From IMG/VR virus record IMGVR_UViG_3300004369_000851, positions 1 through 54,755 of that record: a stretch of DNA of 54,755 nucleotides, one strand, 5' to 3'. The notes under the pieces were generated by a model. The model did not search any database, had not been told where the DNA came from, and worked only from the letters and a program-made list of their open reading frames with translations. This DNA comes from a virus (Duplodnaviria; Caudoviricetes). A program made the translations under genes and the position numbers. Positions 9,937 to 19,309 of the stretch are shown piece after piece (within the stretch, counting starts at the first letter, position 1; every line of letters starts with the position of its first letter).

Positions 9937-10248
9937 TCATATTTGACCCCCCTCCCAGCCGTGTTTGGCCAGACCTAATTCAAAAGACAAAGCTGGATAG
10001 TTGCCAATTCGTGTGTGGCACGGTCGGCAAACACACATTAAGTTTTTGATATCCAAAATTGAGCCACCCTGAGAGCGCCTTATTATTTCGTGGACATCAA
10101 CACTTTGATTTCGCTTATAAACAGCCACTTTGTCGTGTTTTGCAAACACTGGGCAAGCCTCACACCACGGTCTTTCCCCTAGTAGACGAACAACTATTTT
10201 TCTGCGCTCAACATATTCTTCTTCTTTTTTTTTAGACCGTCGACGCAT
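9937..10248 (-). CDS. HNH endonuclease
   Basis: CEAC...DVHEIIRRSQGG...NLMCVCRPCH; likely start at ATG 10248 rather than 10305. Confidence 0.8.
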   Translation of the reverse strand: MRRRSKKKEEEYVERRKIVVRLLGERPWCEACPVFAKHDKVAVYKRNQSVDVHEIIRRSQGGSILDIKNLMCVCRPCHTRIGNYPALSFELGLAKHGWEGGQI

Positions 10249-10762
10249 AGTTACTGAAATCTTCCAAATCCGATTCCCGTATTTTATCAAACGACCAGAC
10301 ACCATTTAGTGAGTCGTAAAGCGCAATATCAAGCGGGGTGTTTTCAATCTTGTGGTACGAACTCATTTCTTGGTGTTTACGAATCGCCCTAATAAAAAAA
10401 GATCTTGGGTCAGCATCAACATCTGGGGTGGCCACAGACTGTGTTTCTGATAATTTTTTTTCCACATAAAACCTAAACCGTTCAATTTTTTGCTTTCGGG
10501 TGTCACCGTGGGCTATTGTGCGAGTTAGGGAATCGTGCGACATATCGCCAGCCTCTGAGTATCTCCTAATGCTCTCTTTGATCTCATAAGAGATTTCGTT
10601 TATCTGATCGTTAAGGGTGTCAATCAGGAAATTGAGTGCTTCTTGCCACCTTGAGTTATTGTCTGGTAATTCAAGAAATTTATTTTGAGCGTCGCTTGTT
10701 TTGTTTTTTACATTATCGGCAACAAGTCGAGCGAATGTTTCATCATCAATATATGTGGACAT
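10232..10762 (-). CDS. Hypothetical protein
   Basis: ATG at 10762 overlaps the upstream TAA (TAATG coupling). Confidence 0.7.
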   Translation of the reverse strand: MSTYIDDETFARLVADNVKNKTSDAQNKFLELPDNNSRWQEALNFLIDTLNDQINEISYEIKESIRRYSEAGDMSHDSLTRTIAHGDTRKQKIERFRFYVEKKLSETQSVATPDVDADPRSFFIRAIRKHQEMSSYHKIENTPLDIALYDSLNGVWSFDKIRESDLEDFSNYASTV

Positions 10763-11544
10763 TATCTTGTCTTTCTTGTATATATGGTGCAACCATTGTA
10801 TTTAAAAAAACACCAGTTACATAAGTTTGAAGGAATTGCTTCCCACTGAGATGCGTTGTTGCAAGTTTGAATTTTCGTGTTAACGGTTACGACGGTTTCA
10901 ATCGCTTCTGCACACAATTCTGGGGTGGGCTCAATTACGCGTCGTTCTGCGTCCTTGAGGTATAAAAGTTCCAGTTTTGGATCTTGCATAGTCTGCGTTT
11001 TTGATAGGCAAATAAAGTACAACAGCAATTGAAAAAATTTGTCGCCAAGGTATTTATCTTTTGGTGTTTTCCCTGTCTTGTAATCAGATATTGTGTCACT
11101 TCCGTCAATTCTCGCCAATCTGTCGATAAAGCCTTTGATCTTTACGCCTTCAATTTCGGAATTTAATTCATACTCAATTCCCTGCACATCTATGGCCAAT
11201 GGGTTTTCTACTTTAAAAAGATTCTCGATACACCACCAGGCATTCCAACGGAATGTTTGCATTGTCATTCCCTTTAAGTACGGAGTGACTTGATCAACCC
11301 AGTTGCCAGCCGCCCATATCTCAGCAGAAATTTGTTTTGCGTTGAATGTTGTTCGGCCAGTATCTGCGGAGTCGGCATAAAGTTTCTCCATTACTTCGTG
11401 TACAAAAACGCCAAGAAGTGTCTCTCTGGTAGGTGGTTCTTTTATTTTGTCAACCCTAGAAAGCTTGTATTTTAAGGGACATTGTTCAAATGTTGATATT
11501 GACGACGCCGAAAGATACTCCGGTAATTCCGTTAGATTTGCCAC
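10762..11544 (-). CDS. PD-(D/E)XK RecB-like exonuclease (Cas4-like Cys pattern)
   Basis: LSASSISTFEQCP, GFIDRL, ISDYKTGK, QLLLY, CNWC...C. Confidence 0.9.
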   Translation of the reverse strand: MANLTELPEYLSASSISTFEQCPLKYKLSRVDKIKEPPTRETLLGVFVHEVMEKLYADSADTGRTTFNAKQISAEIWAAGNWVDQVTPYLKGMTMQTFRWNAWWCIENLFKVENPLAIDVQGIEYELNSEIEGVKIKGFIDRLARIDGSDTISDYKTGKTPKDKYLGDKFFQLLLYFICLSKTQTMQDPKLELLYLKDAERRVIEPTPELCAEAIETVVTVNTKIQTCNNASQWEAIPSNLCNWCFFKYNGCTIYTRKTR

Positions 11545-11550
11545 GTTTGC

Positions 11551-12222
11551 CTACCCCTTAGTTTGTAAACGTATAGCCTCTGACGCCAAGAATTCAATTT
11601 CTTCTTCCGTGGCAGAATTTGCCGTTGGAGACGGTTTCCCGTCGGTGTAGTCGGCCCAAAGTTCTTTGAGTTGGTTTCGCTGATCGTCACTAAGTTGTTT
11701 GCTAATAGCAAGAAACGCTTGCCATTTATGATTTGTTGTTTCTGACGGCTCGGCAACTTTGTCTTTTGACGCAGGCTGAGAATCAATTACATTTTCAATT
11801 TCAATTGCGTCTTCGCTACGAGCAAGATAAAGCCCAACACCTAATGTTTGAGCCGCCTTCTTCAAGGCATCCGAAATAGCGCCCTTAAATTCATTTCCAA
11901 GGTCAACTATCGAACCCTGCTTGGTTCGTTTGATTTTTTGACCGCCGATGCCGTCGCGTACCACAACACCATTGGGGCTCGTGTATTGCAGTCGAACATG
12001 GGCCACAACGAAGTCAATGTCGGTTGCGTCTCGGTCACACCTAATCACGGTCATTGACCAATTGTTGACACCCAGAATCTTGTTGAGGCGATTGATTACT
12101 TCGCTTACTGGAATGTAAATAAGTTTTGCCCCACCTATATTAAGGGTTCGCTCCATCTCCACCGGAAATGGTTCGGAAAGATCTTGGTACAACTCTTTAT
12201 CACTAGTGTTATTGTTCATCAT
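11551..12222 (-). CDS. Rad52/Rad22 (Sak-like) single-strand annealing protein
   Basis: LIYIPVSEVINRLNKILG...KGAISDALKKAAQTLGVGLYL. Confidence 0.9.
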   Translation of the reverse strand: MMNNNTSDKELYQDLSEPFPVEMERTLNIGGAKLIYIPVSEVINRLNKILGVNNWSMTVIRCDRDATDIDFVVAHVRLQYTSPNGVVVRDGIGGQKIKRTKQGSIVDLGNEFKGAISDALKKAAQTLGVGLYLARSEDAIEIENVIDSQPASKDKVAEPSETTNHKWQAFLAISKQLSDDQRNQLKELWADYTDGKPSPTANSATEEEIEFLASEAIRLQTKG

Positions 12223-12760
12223 CGTCAGTTCCTCCTTGAGCTTGACGTATTACTAGACTTAATCCACCTTCGGAAACTTCACAATATGTGTCTGCGTTGA
12301 TTCCGATCTCCGCTAATTTTTTTACCCGCCAATAGCTTGGGGCGACATATTCAAGAATTTTGATTGCAATTTGTTGATTATCCATAGTCATTTCGCCAGT
12401 GTCTATATCTACAGCCATTTGATAAAGTTTTTCGGTTACCGACTTGGCCAGTGTTAGGTGATCCCACTTTTTGCGTGTTGCCCCTTGACGGCGTTCGACC
12501 TTAATTCCGCCAGCAAGCGTGTGTTCTGGGAAGTTACCCATAACATCAATCGTTTCTGCGGCGACTGATTCATACAGGGCTTTGATTGTCGCCTTTGCGT
12601 AATGAAAGGACAAAGCAAGTTCACAAGCATTATCAATGGATGTTCTATCCATTTCAATTAGATCTTTTGCTTTTTGAGCAAGAACTTCCAGCGCCCTCAT
12701 TGCAACTGCAATTTCGGTTGAAAGTTTTTGGCATTCTTCGGAAACAGGTGTGATAGGCAT
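12209..12760 (-). CDS. Hypothetical phage protein
   Basis: 183 aa with AAGGA RBS; lies in the recombination operon. Confidence 0.7.
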   Translation of the reverse strand: MPITPVSEECQKLSTEIAVAMRALEVLAQKAKDLIEMDRTSIDNACELALSFHYAKATIKALYESVAAETIDVMGNFPEHTLAGGIKVERRQGATRKKWDHLTLAKSVTEKLYQMAVDIDTGEMTMDNQQIAIKILEYVAPSYWRVKKLAEIGINADTYCEVSEGGLSLVIRQAQGGTDDDEQ

Positions 12761-12787
12761 ACTTTCCTTTTCTTAGGCTAGATATTG

Positions 12788-14095
12788 TTAGAGCAATATA
12801 CTGGCTTTCCTGCGCTGCGGCAACCCCAAACCTGTAAGAAATGTGAATGCTCCGACGGCAGAGTCAACTTGGTCGTCGTGATCGCATGCTTCTGGAAAAC
12901 CACTAAATTCGTCCAACCAGTCAGTAAGCCACGCAGCTCGAACAACACGGATGTTTCCGTTGGCCACGGACGCAGCAAACGGTCTGGCCCTTGTTTCCTT
13001 GTCACCTGTTGACCTAACGCCGCCAAAGTCATATCCTGGTAGCACATAGCGTGCGTAGTTATCAACCAAGGCTTTACCAGAAGATCCAGGTTCTTGTTCC
13101 ATCCGGACCGCTACGGAATGGCCATCTTCGATTGCTGTTTGATAAATTAAATTTTCAACCTTCTCGTTTTTAACTCTGGCTTTTTTGACATCCAAAATAT
13201 AAGAAACACCTCTGTCAAGCAACATCAGCGTTCCGACAGTCCAGTCGGGATTGGGGTTGCTTGGATTTGGTTCGGTTGCAGCGAGATCCCAGAATCTGAC
13301 TGCGCGACTGGCGGACTCAACCTGTGGAATTTCACTTGAATCAACAACGACAAAAGATGTTCGGTCAAAACACGTACCGAGAGTGGTTGCCCACCAGTCA
13401 CCCATTTCAAGCCGGCGACGCTCTATGGGGTCCAAAGCCATAAGTGCTTGCCTATAGGATTCGGCATCAATTCCTGGGTTGTCGGTCAATTTGCTTGGAA
13501 CAAAAATTCTTCCAGTTTCTTTGCCCTCAACAATAAATCGCTGTCGCACCCAATTAGGGGCAGGGTTTGACGCAGCCCGCATCCGAAGGGGTACCTGAGA
13601 AAGTGGGCCATCGGTTGGTCGACGGAGACGAGAAAACAAATATCGGTAATCGTTTTCCCTAATTTCCGTCACCTCGTCCATTCCTATGAATTGGAATTCT
13701 GAACCTTTATATCTCAGGTAGTCGTTGACATTGTTTAGATAGCCGAAAGTGACTCTCGCCCCAGAGGGAAAGGTTGCGATGTATGTGTTGTTGTTCCAAT
13801 GAATATCGTCGTAATTGCTAACCCACTGACGGAACCTGTCCATAAGCGCTCCAGGTAGCGACAAGTCTGCATATGTGCGCCTAAATAGAATTGCGGAATA
13901 ACCAGGAACATCCACATATTGAAGTGCGGACATTAGTAACGCCGAAGATTTACCGCCCCCCGCAGCGCCACCAAAAAGCCCCTCTAGGGCATAACTTCGC
14001 AAAAAAACTTTTTGAGTCAAGGACGCAGCCTCAGGGCAATACAGGGACTTTTTGGGCTCTAGGTATTTTAAAATTTCTTCCCAATTGTCGCTCAC
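12788..14095 (-). CDS. terL: Terminase large subunit
   Basis: Walker A GGAAGGGKS, Walker B IGMDE, ASNP, nuclease FWDLAA and HDDQVDS. Confidence 0.95.
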   Translation of the reverse strand: MSDNWEEILKYLEPKKSLYCPEAASLTQKVFLRSYALEGLFGGAAGGGKSSALLMSALQYVDVPGYSAILFRRTYADLSLPGALMDRFRQWVSNYDDIHWNNNTYIATFPSGARVTFGYLNNVNDYLRYKGSEFQFIGMDEVTEIRENDYRYLFSRLRRPTDGPLSQVPLRMRAASNPAPNWVRQRFIVEGKETGRIFVPSKLTDNPGIDAESYRQALMALDPIERRRLEMGDWWATTLGTCFDRTSFVVVDSSEIPQVESASRAVRFWDLAATEPNPSNPNPDWTVGTLMLLDRGVSYILDVKKARVKNEKVENLIYQTAIEDGHSVAVRMEQEPGSSGKALVDNYARYVLPGYDFGGVRSTGDKETRARPFAASVANGNIRVVRAAWLTDWLDEFSGFPEACDHDDQVDSAVGAFTFLTGLGLPQRRKASILL

Positions 14096-14170
14096 GCTTG
14101 TCTTCCCATTCCCGTTGCAGGTTCACCTATAGTAATTCGGATCAGAGCTGAATGGTGGTAATCTCGGTTA

Positions 14171-14320
14171 ATGAACAAAAGACGGACTGTAGCCAATTTG
14201 CTAGTCGCTTCATTTATAATTATGACAACGATTGGGGCCTTTATTTTTGCACCCCCGCTCGGATTTATTACTTTCGGCGTAACCAGTGGACTCGTCGGCT
14301 ACCTATTAGGAATGGAATAA
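14171..14320 (+). CDS. Small membrane protein upstream of the portal
   Basis: Manual translation, 49 aa: MNKRRTVANLLVASFIIMTTIGAFIFAPPLGFITFGVTSGLVGYLLGME; two hydrophobic segments. Confidence 0.65.
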   Translation: MNKRRTVANLLVASFIIMTTIGAFIFAPPLGFITFGVTSGLVGYLLGME

Positions 14321-14330
14321 CCAATAAATC

Positions 14331-16628
14331 ATGGCTTGGAATTCAGAATCTAATAAGCAGATAGAAACTCCATCTGTTAAATCGATTATAACACCAGGCG
14401 CCCCCGTTGCGTTCAACCCCAACCAGACTGGTAAACCATACAAAGACTCTTGGGATATTGACCGCGCATACAGAGAGGGAATGCAGCGTGTCGTTTGGGT
14501 TAATCGCTGCATTGACGCTATCTCTGGCAATCAAGCACGCCTTCCAGCAATCCTAAGAAAAGATAATTCTCCAGACGGAGAAAAAGTTTCAAAAAAAAGT
14601 CACCCAATCCTAAGGCTTTTAAACAGCAAAGCCAATTTTGGGGAAAATTCTTTCGTTTTCAGATACCGTCTTTCGTCTCAATTACTCCTGTCGTCCCGAG
14701 GGGCATTTATTGAGGTAATTCGTGGACGCGATGGCAATCCTATTGCTTTACAACTTTTACCACCGGGGCACACCTCGCCGATTCCAGACAAACGAAAATT
14801 TGTAAGTGGATTTGAGGTGGATTTAAGAAACGGAACAAAAACTATTATCGCCCCAGAAAATATAATCTGGATTAGAAAACCACATCCACTTGACCCATAT
14901 CTTTCACTCACCCCAATGGAGTCTGCTGGTGTTGCAATTGAAATTGAAAATCTGGCAAAGATATATAACAGAAATTTTTTGATAAATGACGGTCGACCAG
15001 GTGGGCTTCTTGTTGTGCGCGGAGAAATTGACGATGACGACAAAGATGAACTCCGAAACAGATTCCGTGGCAACATTTCACGGGCTGGCTCAATAAGTGT
15101 TCTTTCATCTGATGAGGGTGTGGATTTTGTTGACACTGGCGCAAGCCCCCGTGACGCCAACTACATTCAAATGCGCCAAACCACAAAAGAAGAGATTCTT
15201 GCTGCGTTCGGGGTTCCTGAATCGGTAATAGGTAACGCTTCTGGTAGAACATTCTCAAATGCGGCAGAAGAGCACCGCGTCTTTTGGAACGAAACAATGA
15301 TGCCCCATCTTGAATTGATGGCAAGAGGTCTTGATGAATTAGACGAAGATTACTATGTTGATTTTGATGTTGACGAGGTTCCTGTTCTTGTTTTGTATAG
15401 ACAAGAACGTGAGCGGTATCTTATGCAAGAATTTCAGGCTGGCCTTATTACTGGCAACGAATACAGAAACGGTACTGGTCGTAAATTAGTTGAGTCCGAT
15501 CTTATGCAGGCTATGTTGGCCAACCCGAACCTAACACCAATTGGATATACGGACAAACCTTTTAATTCCAAAGAAGAAGCCGCTGCTGCAATGGCGCAGG
15601 CTGGACCACCACAGCAGGGCTTAACCCCACCAGGGCAACCACCAGGGCTGACTGGTCCCGTCGCTGGAGAATCTGGAATGGTTGGAGAAATCCCGCCACC
15701 AGAAGTCGCTGGACAGCCCAACACAATGACCGAAGCGTTAATGGCTGAACGAGAAGCCGAGCGCGGCGCCATAACCGATATGAACCCAGACCGACAAACT
15801 GGAGACATACCAAAACCACCAGGAATGATGAGTGGCGAACCGTCGGGCATCCAAACAAAATCTAATAATTTTGCAAACCAAGAAGAAGATAGTTGGGACA
15901 CAAAATCTGACAACAATGTTGGTCGGTGGACCGAAATACTTGACAACCAACTTGAGCGATTTTTTGAGCGTCAGCAAAGAGTGGTTTTAGAAAAAGCCAC
16001 AGGTGCAAAAGCAAAAAAACAGATCAGTTCTAATTCGTTAAAAATAGAGACAATTTTTGATGAGGCAGTATGGAATAAGCAAATGATTGAAGATATGCGA
16101 CCGATTCTTTCGGGAATAGCTGTTGATGCTGGGAGTCTTGCACAAGAAGAATTTAGCATGCCTACCGAATTTGACGAAGCCGAGTTTGGAGAGTTTTTGG
16201 ATGCTCAGTCAAAAAGGCTTGAAACAACCAACGCCAATACAAAAAAAGAGATTGAAGCGGCAATTCTTATAGCGTCTTCCTTGGAAGAAGAAGAAGACAA
16301 GTCTGGATTACTCAAAGCTGCTTTGGTGGCAATTTTTATAAACCTTTTACTTAAAAGAAAAAGAACCATCGCCGAACACGAATCTCAAACAGCTTTCAAT
16401 GCGGGAACATTTTTAGCCGCAAAACAACTTGGGGCGGTTTCTAAATCATGGGTAACTCAAAAAGACTTAAAAGTGAGATCTGAGCATGTTGCGCTTCATG
16501 GTAAATCGGTGGGCTTATATCAACCATTTTCGGTGGAGGGATACAGCATAAGGTTCCCTGGAGACCCACTATCCCCACCTCACCTAACGATCAACTGTCG
16601 GTGCAAACTGAAATTTAGTCTAATTTAA
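14331..16628 (+). CDS. HK97-family portal protein fused to a C-terminal MuF (SPP1 gp7-like) domain
   Basis: VNRCIDAI, EEILAAFGVP, TFSNAAE portal motifs; Pro/Gly linker; C-terminal KSWVTQKDLKVRSEH...FPGDP...INCRC. Confidence 0.92.
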   Translation: MAWNSESNKQIETPSVKSIITPGAPVAFNPNQTGKPYKDSWDIDRAYREGMQRVVWVNRCIDAISGNQARLPAILRKDNSPDGEKVSKKSHPILRLLNSKANFGENSFVFRYRLSSQLLLSSRGAFIEVIRGRDGNPIALQLLPPGHTSPIPDKRKFVSGFEVDLRNGTKTIIAPENIIWIRKPHPLDPYLSLTPMESAGVAIEIENLAKIYNRNFLINDGRPGGLLVVRGEIDDDDKDELRNRFRGNISRAGSISVLSSDEGVDFVDTGASPRDANYIQMRQTTKEEILAAFGVPESVIGNASGRTFSNAAEEHRVFWNETMMPHLELMARGLDELDEDYYVDFDVDEVPVLVLYRQERERYLMQEFQAGLITGNEYRNGTGRKLVESDLMQAMLANPNLTPIGYTDKPFNSKEEAAAAMAQAGPPQQGLTPPGQPPGLTGPVAGESGMVGEIPPPEVAGQPNTMTEALMAEREAERGAITDMNPDRQTGDIPKPPGMMSGEPSGIQTKSNNFANQEEDSWDTKSDNNVGRWTEILDNQLERFFERQQRVVLEKATGAKAKKQISSNSLKIETIFDEAVWNKQMIEDMRPILSGIAVDAGSLAQEEFSMPTEFDEAEFGEFLDAQSKRLETTNANTKKEIEAAILIASSLEEEEDKSGLLKAALVAIFINLLLKRKRTIAEHESQTAFNAGTFLAAKQLGAVSKSWVTQKDLKVRSEHVALHGKSVGLYQPFSVEGYSIRFPGDPLSPPHLTINCRCKLKFSLI

Positions 16629-16662
16629 GTAAATACGAGACATTTACTTAAATCCAAAGGTA

Positions 16663-16695
16663 GTTCCGCCACAGAGGGAACATTTCTCTTATTAT
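16663..16695 (+). promoter_or_regulatory. Putative promoter GTTCCGCC-N19-TATTAT
   Basis: Shared motif upstream of the prohead protease gene. Confidence 0.65.
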
Positions 16696-16726
16696 GGTGT
16701 ATGCAACTTAGTGATGGGGTTATATC

Positions 16727-19309
16727 TTGAATAATACAAATCTCGAACCAGCCGTTGCTGAGTTCAAAGCCCTAAACGGCCAAGTCAGCATTGATCAAGC
16801 CACTGGGGTGGTTGAGTGTTTTGTTGCAGCTATAGGTAATAAAGACTCGGTCGGGGACGTCGTGCTTCCAGGAGCCTTTAACGCAAGCCTCAAGAGAAGG
16901 AAGCCGCGTGTTGTTTGGGGCCATAACTGGAATGAGCCAATTGGGAAAGTTCTTGAAATCTATGAAGTAGGTTCTAGCGACTCACGCCTTCCAGCCAAAA
17001 TGAGATCTGGTGGCGTTGGTGGATTGTATGCAAAGGTTCAATTCAATCTTGCATCAGAAAGAGGACGAGAAGCGTTTGCCAATGTAAGCTTCTTTGGCGA
17101 AGAACAAGAGTGGTCAATTGGCTACAAGACCCTTGATGCGGTCTTTGAACCAGGGCAGAACGCAAACCTACTTAAAGAAGTTGAACTTTACGAGGTAAGT
17201 CCTGTTTTGCACGGCGCCAATCAACTTACTGGGACAATAAGTATCAAAGCGGATGACGCAAACAAAGCTGATGGCGATGGGCCGTGTTGGCCTGGCTATA
17301 AACAAATCGGGATGAAAAAAGGAAAGAACGGAAACATGGTTCCAAACTGTGTCCCGATTAATGCCAAAGATGAAAAGTCTGTATTGAAAGATCCAGATGG
17401 TGGATTGACCGCAGCTGGTCGTGCACACTTCAGGAGAACCGAAGGTGCAAACCTAAAACCTGGAGTTAAGGGCGCAGCAGACACTCCAACAAAAATGCGA
17501 AGAAAAGGTTCTTTCTTGACACGGTTTTTCACCAACCCCAGTGGACCAATGAAAGACACCAAGGGACGTCCAACTCGACTCGCCCTTTCAGCCACGGCGT
17601 GGGGGGAGCCAGTTCCCCAAGATCGATCCGACGCGCTCAAACTTGCCGCAAAGGGCAGGAGATTGTTGGATCGTTACGCAAACGCAAAAAAATCTGACGA
17701 CTCGGAAATGCAAGAAAAAACGATTATTTACGCAACCGACGAAATAGGCGTATATCCAGAAATTAAAGATCTAACCAAGAATCACATAAACGATGTTTAC
17801 TCTGCAAGCATCTCGCTTGCCAGACCCCAAGATTCTGAAAAAATACAATTAACGCAGATACTTTCTCGCCACTTTGGTGGTGTACCACGAATCGTGTTTG
17901 CTGACGAAAATATTATCATTGCCGAACTAAGAAGAGACGGCGTAACTGAAACATTAAGGATTCCGTACCATAATCAAAACGGGGAATATATGTTTGGGAC
18001 AGCGCAAGCGGTAACCGCTCAAACCGTTTACACACCAGTTGATGCGACGCAACCTGGGCAGGTATTTGCTAACACATCAGAATCCTCTGAAAAAATTGGT
18101 TGTGGATGTGACTCTTGTGGGAAATCTATGCCCTCATGGGAAACATTCAAAGAGCACAATTCAGGGAAACACCTATTCATTCACAGCGTTGATGACATTG
18201 GCTTGTTTAGCGCCATTAACGAAATGTCAGAAGAAAAGCAACTTGATATTGAGCTTCTTGATGTTGGCTTAGCGATCAAAAACATACAGGACATTGATGA
18301 CAATTTATACGATGAACTTATTGAGTTCATTGATGACTTTGAGGAGAAAAACCTTAGAACGATTAGTCGTGGCACTCGCTCTATCGCTAAAAGAGTGGTG
18401 CCATTTAAGCAAAGCGCATACGATGGAAACAGCAATATGCGGGTACAAGACGGCACCGTTCACGAACGGCCAGCAAAACCGAGGATGATGCCAGCCGTTC
18501 CAGAAGAGCAACCAGTTCCCGAGAAGGTTCCTGAGCCCGTTCCCGAGAAGGTTCCACAACCAGTAAGACCACCGGCACCACATCGAGATCCCCAAAGACA
18601 ACCTCAAAGAGATCCACAGAGAGAACCAGCCACACCCGTAACGGTGCCTAAACGCCAACCCGCTCACGCCGTAACTGGAGCTATGGCTGGAGAAATGCCT
18701 TCTACATTTTGGCTCCTCAACGAAGCCACACAAGATGCTGAAATCTATAGAAAACGAATGAACGGCGCCACCCTTCAAGAAATGGCCGACAAACTGAAAT
18801 GGTCAAGGAAAAAAGTACGCGCGGCCGAACAAAGACATATGGCAAGAGTGAGGGCAAAGAAAAAAAAGGTTTTGACCGAAAGTGGGGTTGAATCAAAGAC
18901 AATTGACGACGACCTTCAGATTATGCTCCCACTTGCCTCTATTTTTAAAGCCAAGTCATTGATTGATGGGTTTGCTGATGTAAATGGTTTCACTCTCAGC
19001 GCAAACGATGATGGCATTTTGATTAAAAATATTTCGTCAATAGATAAAGAAATTATTCAGGAAATTGCCCACATAGCCGCAAAGGCAGCGGGCACTCGAA
19101 CCAACATTCCAGGTCGCAGACGAATGGTGCAACAGAACAACCCCCAGATGGGTTATCCTAAAACTGGTGGTTTAACGGCTATTTCTAATAAATATAATTG
19201 TATGGTTTCCGGCGAAAAACGCATGAAGCCATGCTCTGGTTGCGGCAACCCTAAGGGTTGTCTGTCAGAAACTATGCAATTTAAAAGGAACAAAAAAAAT
19301 GGCAAATGA
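16727..19309 (+). CDS. HK97-family prohead protease with long multidomain C-terminal extension
   Basis: DSVGDVVLPGAF, WGHNW, EWSIGY, LYEVSPV in the first ~175 aa; then a CWPGY...VPNCVP module, a DUF6321-like module (GGLTAAGR...RLALSATAW), a Pro-rich repeat, an HTH and a Cys cluster. Confidence 0.9.
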   Translation: MNNTNLEPAVAEFKALNGQVSIDQATGVVECFVAAIGNKDSVGDVVLPGAFNASLKRRKPRVVWGHNWNEPIGKVLEIYEVGSSDSRLPAKMRSGGVGGLYAKVQFNLASERGREAFANVSFFGEEQEWSIGYKTLDAVFEPGQNANLLKEVELYEVSPVLHGANQLTGTISIKADDANKADGDGPCWPGYKQIGMKKGKNGNMVPNCVPINAKDEKSVLKDPDGGLTAAGRAHFRRTEGANLKPGVKGAADTPTKMRRKGSFLTRFFTNPSGPMKDTKGRPTRLALSATAWGEPVPQDRSDALKLAAKGRRLLDRYANAKKSDDSEMQEKTIIYATDEIGVYPEIKDLTKNHINDVYSASISLARPQDSEKIQLTQILSRHFGGVPRIVFADENIIIAELRRDGVTETLRIPYHNQNGEYMFGTAQAVTAQTVYTPVDATQPGQVFANTSESSEKIGCGCDSCGKSMPSWETFKEHNSGKHLFIHSVDDIGLFSAINEMSEEKQLDIELLDVGLAIKNIQDIDDNLYDELIEFIDDFEEKNLRTISRGTRSIAKRVVPFKQSAYDGNSNMRVQDGTVHERPAKPRMMPAVPEEQPVPEKVPEPVPEKVPQPVRPPAPHRDPQRQPQRDPQREPATPVTVPKRQPAHAVTGAMAGEMPSTFWLLNEATQDAEIYRKRMNGATLQEMADKLKWSRKKVRAAEQRHMARVRAKKKKVLTESGVESKTIDDDLQIMLPLASIFKAKSLIDGFADVNGFTLSANDDGILIKNISSIDKEIIQEIAHIAAKAAGTRTNIPGRRRMVQQNNPQMGYPKTGGLTAISNKYNCMVSGEKRMKPCSGCGNPKGCLSETMQFKRNKKNGK

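Noticed and set aside
10762-11544. Cas4-like nuclease as evidence of a CRISPR system
   Set aside because: No repeat-spacer array or other cas gene seen; it sits beside a Rad52-like annealase as a standard exonuclease-SSAP pair.
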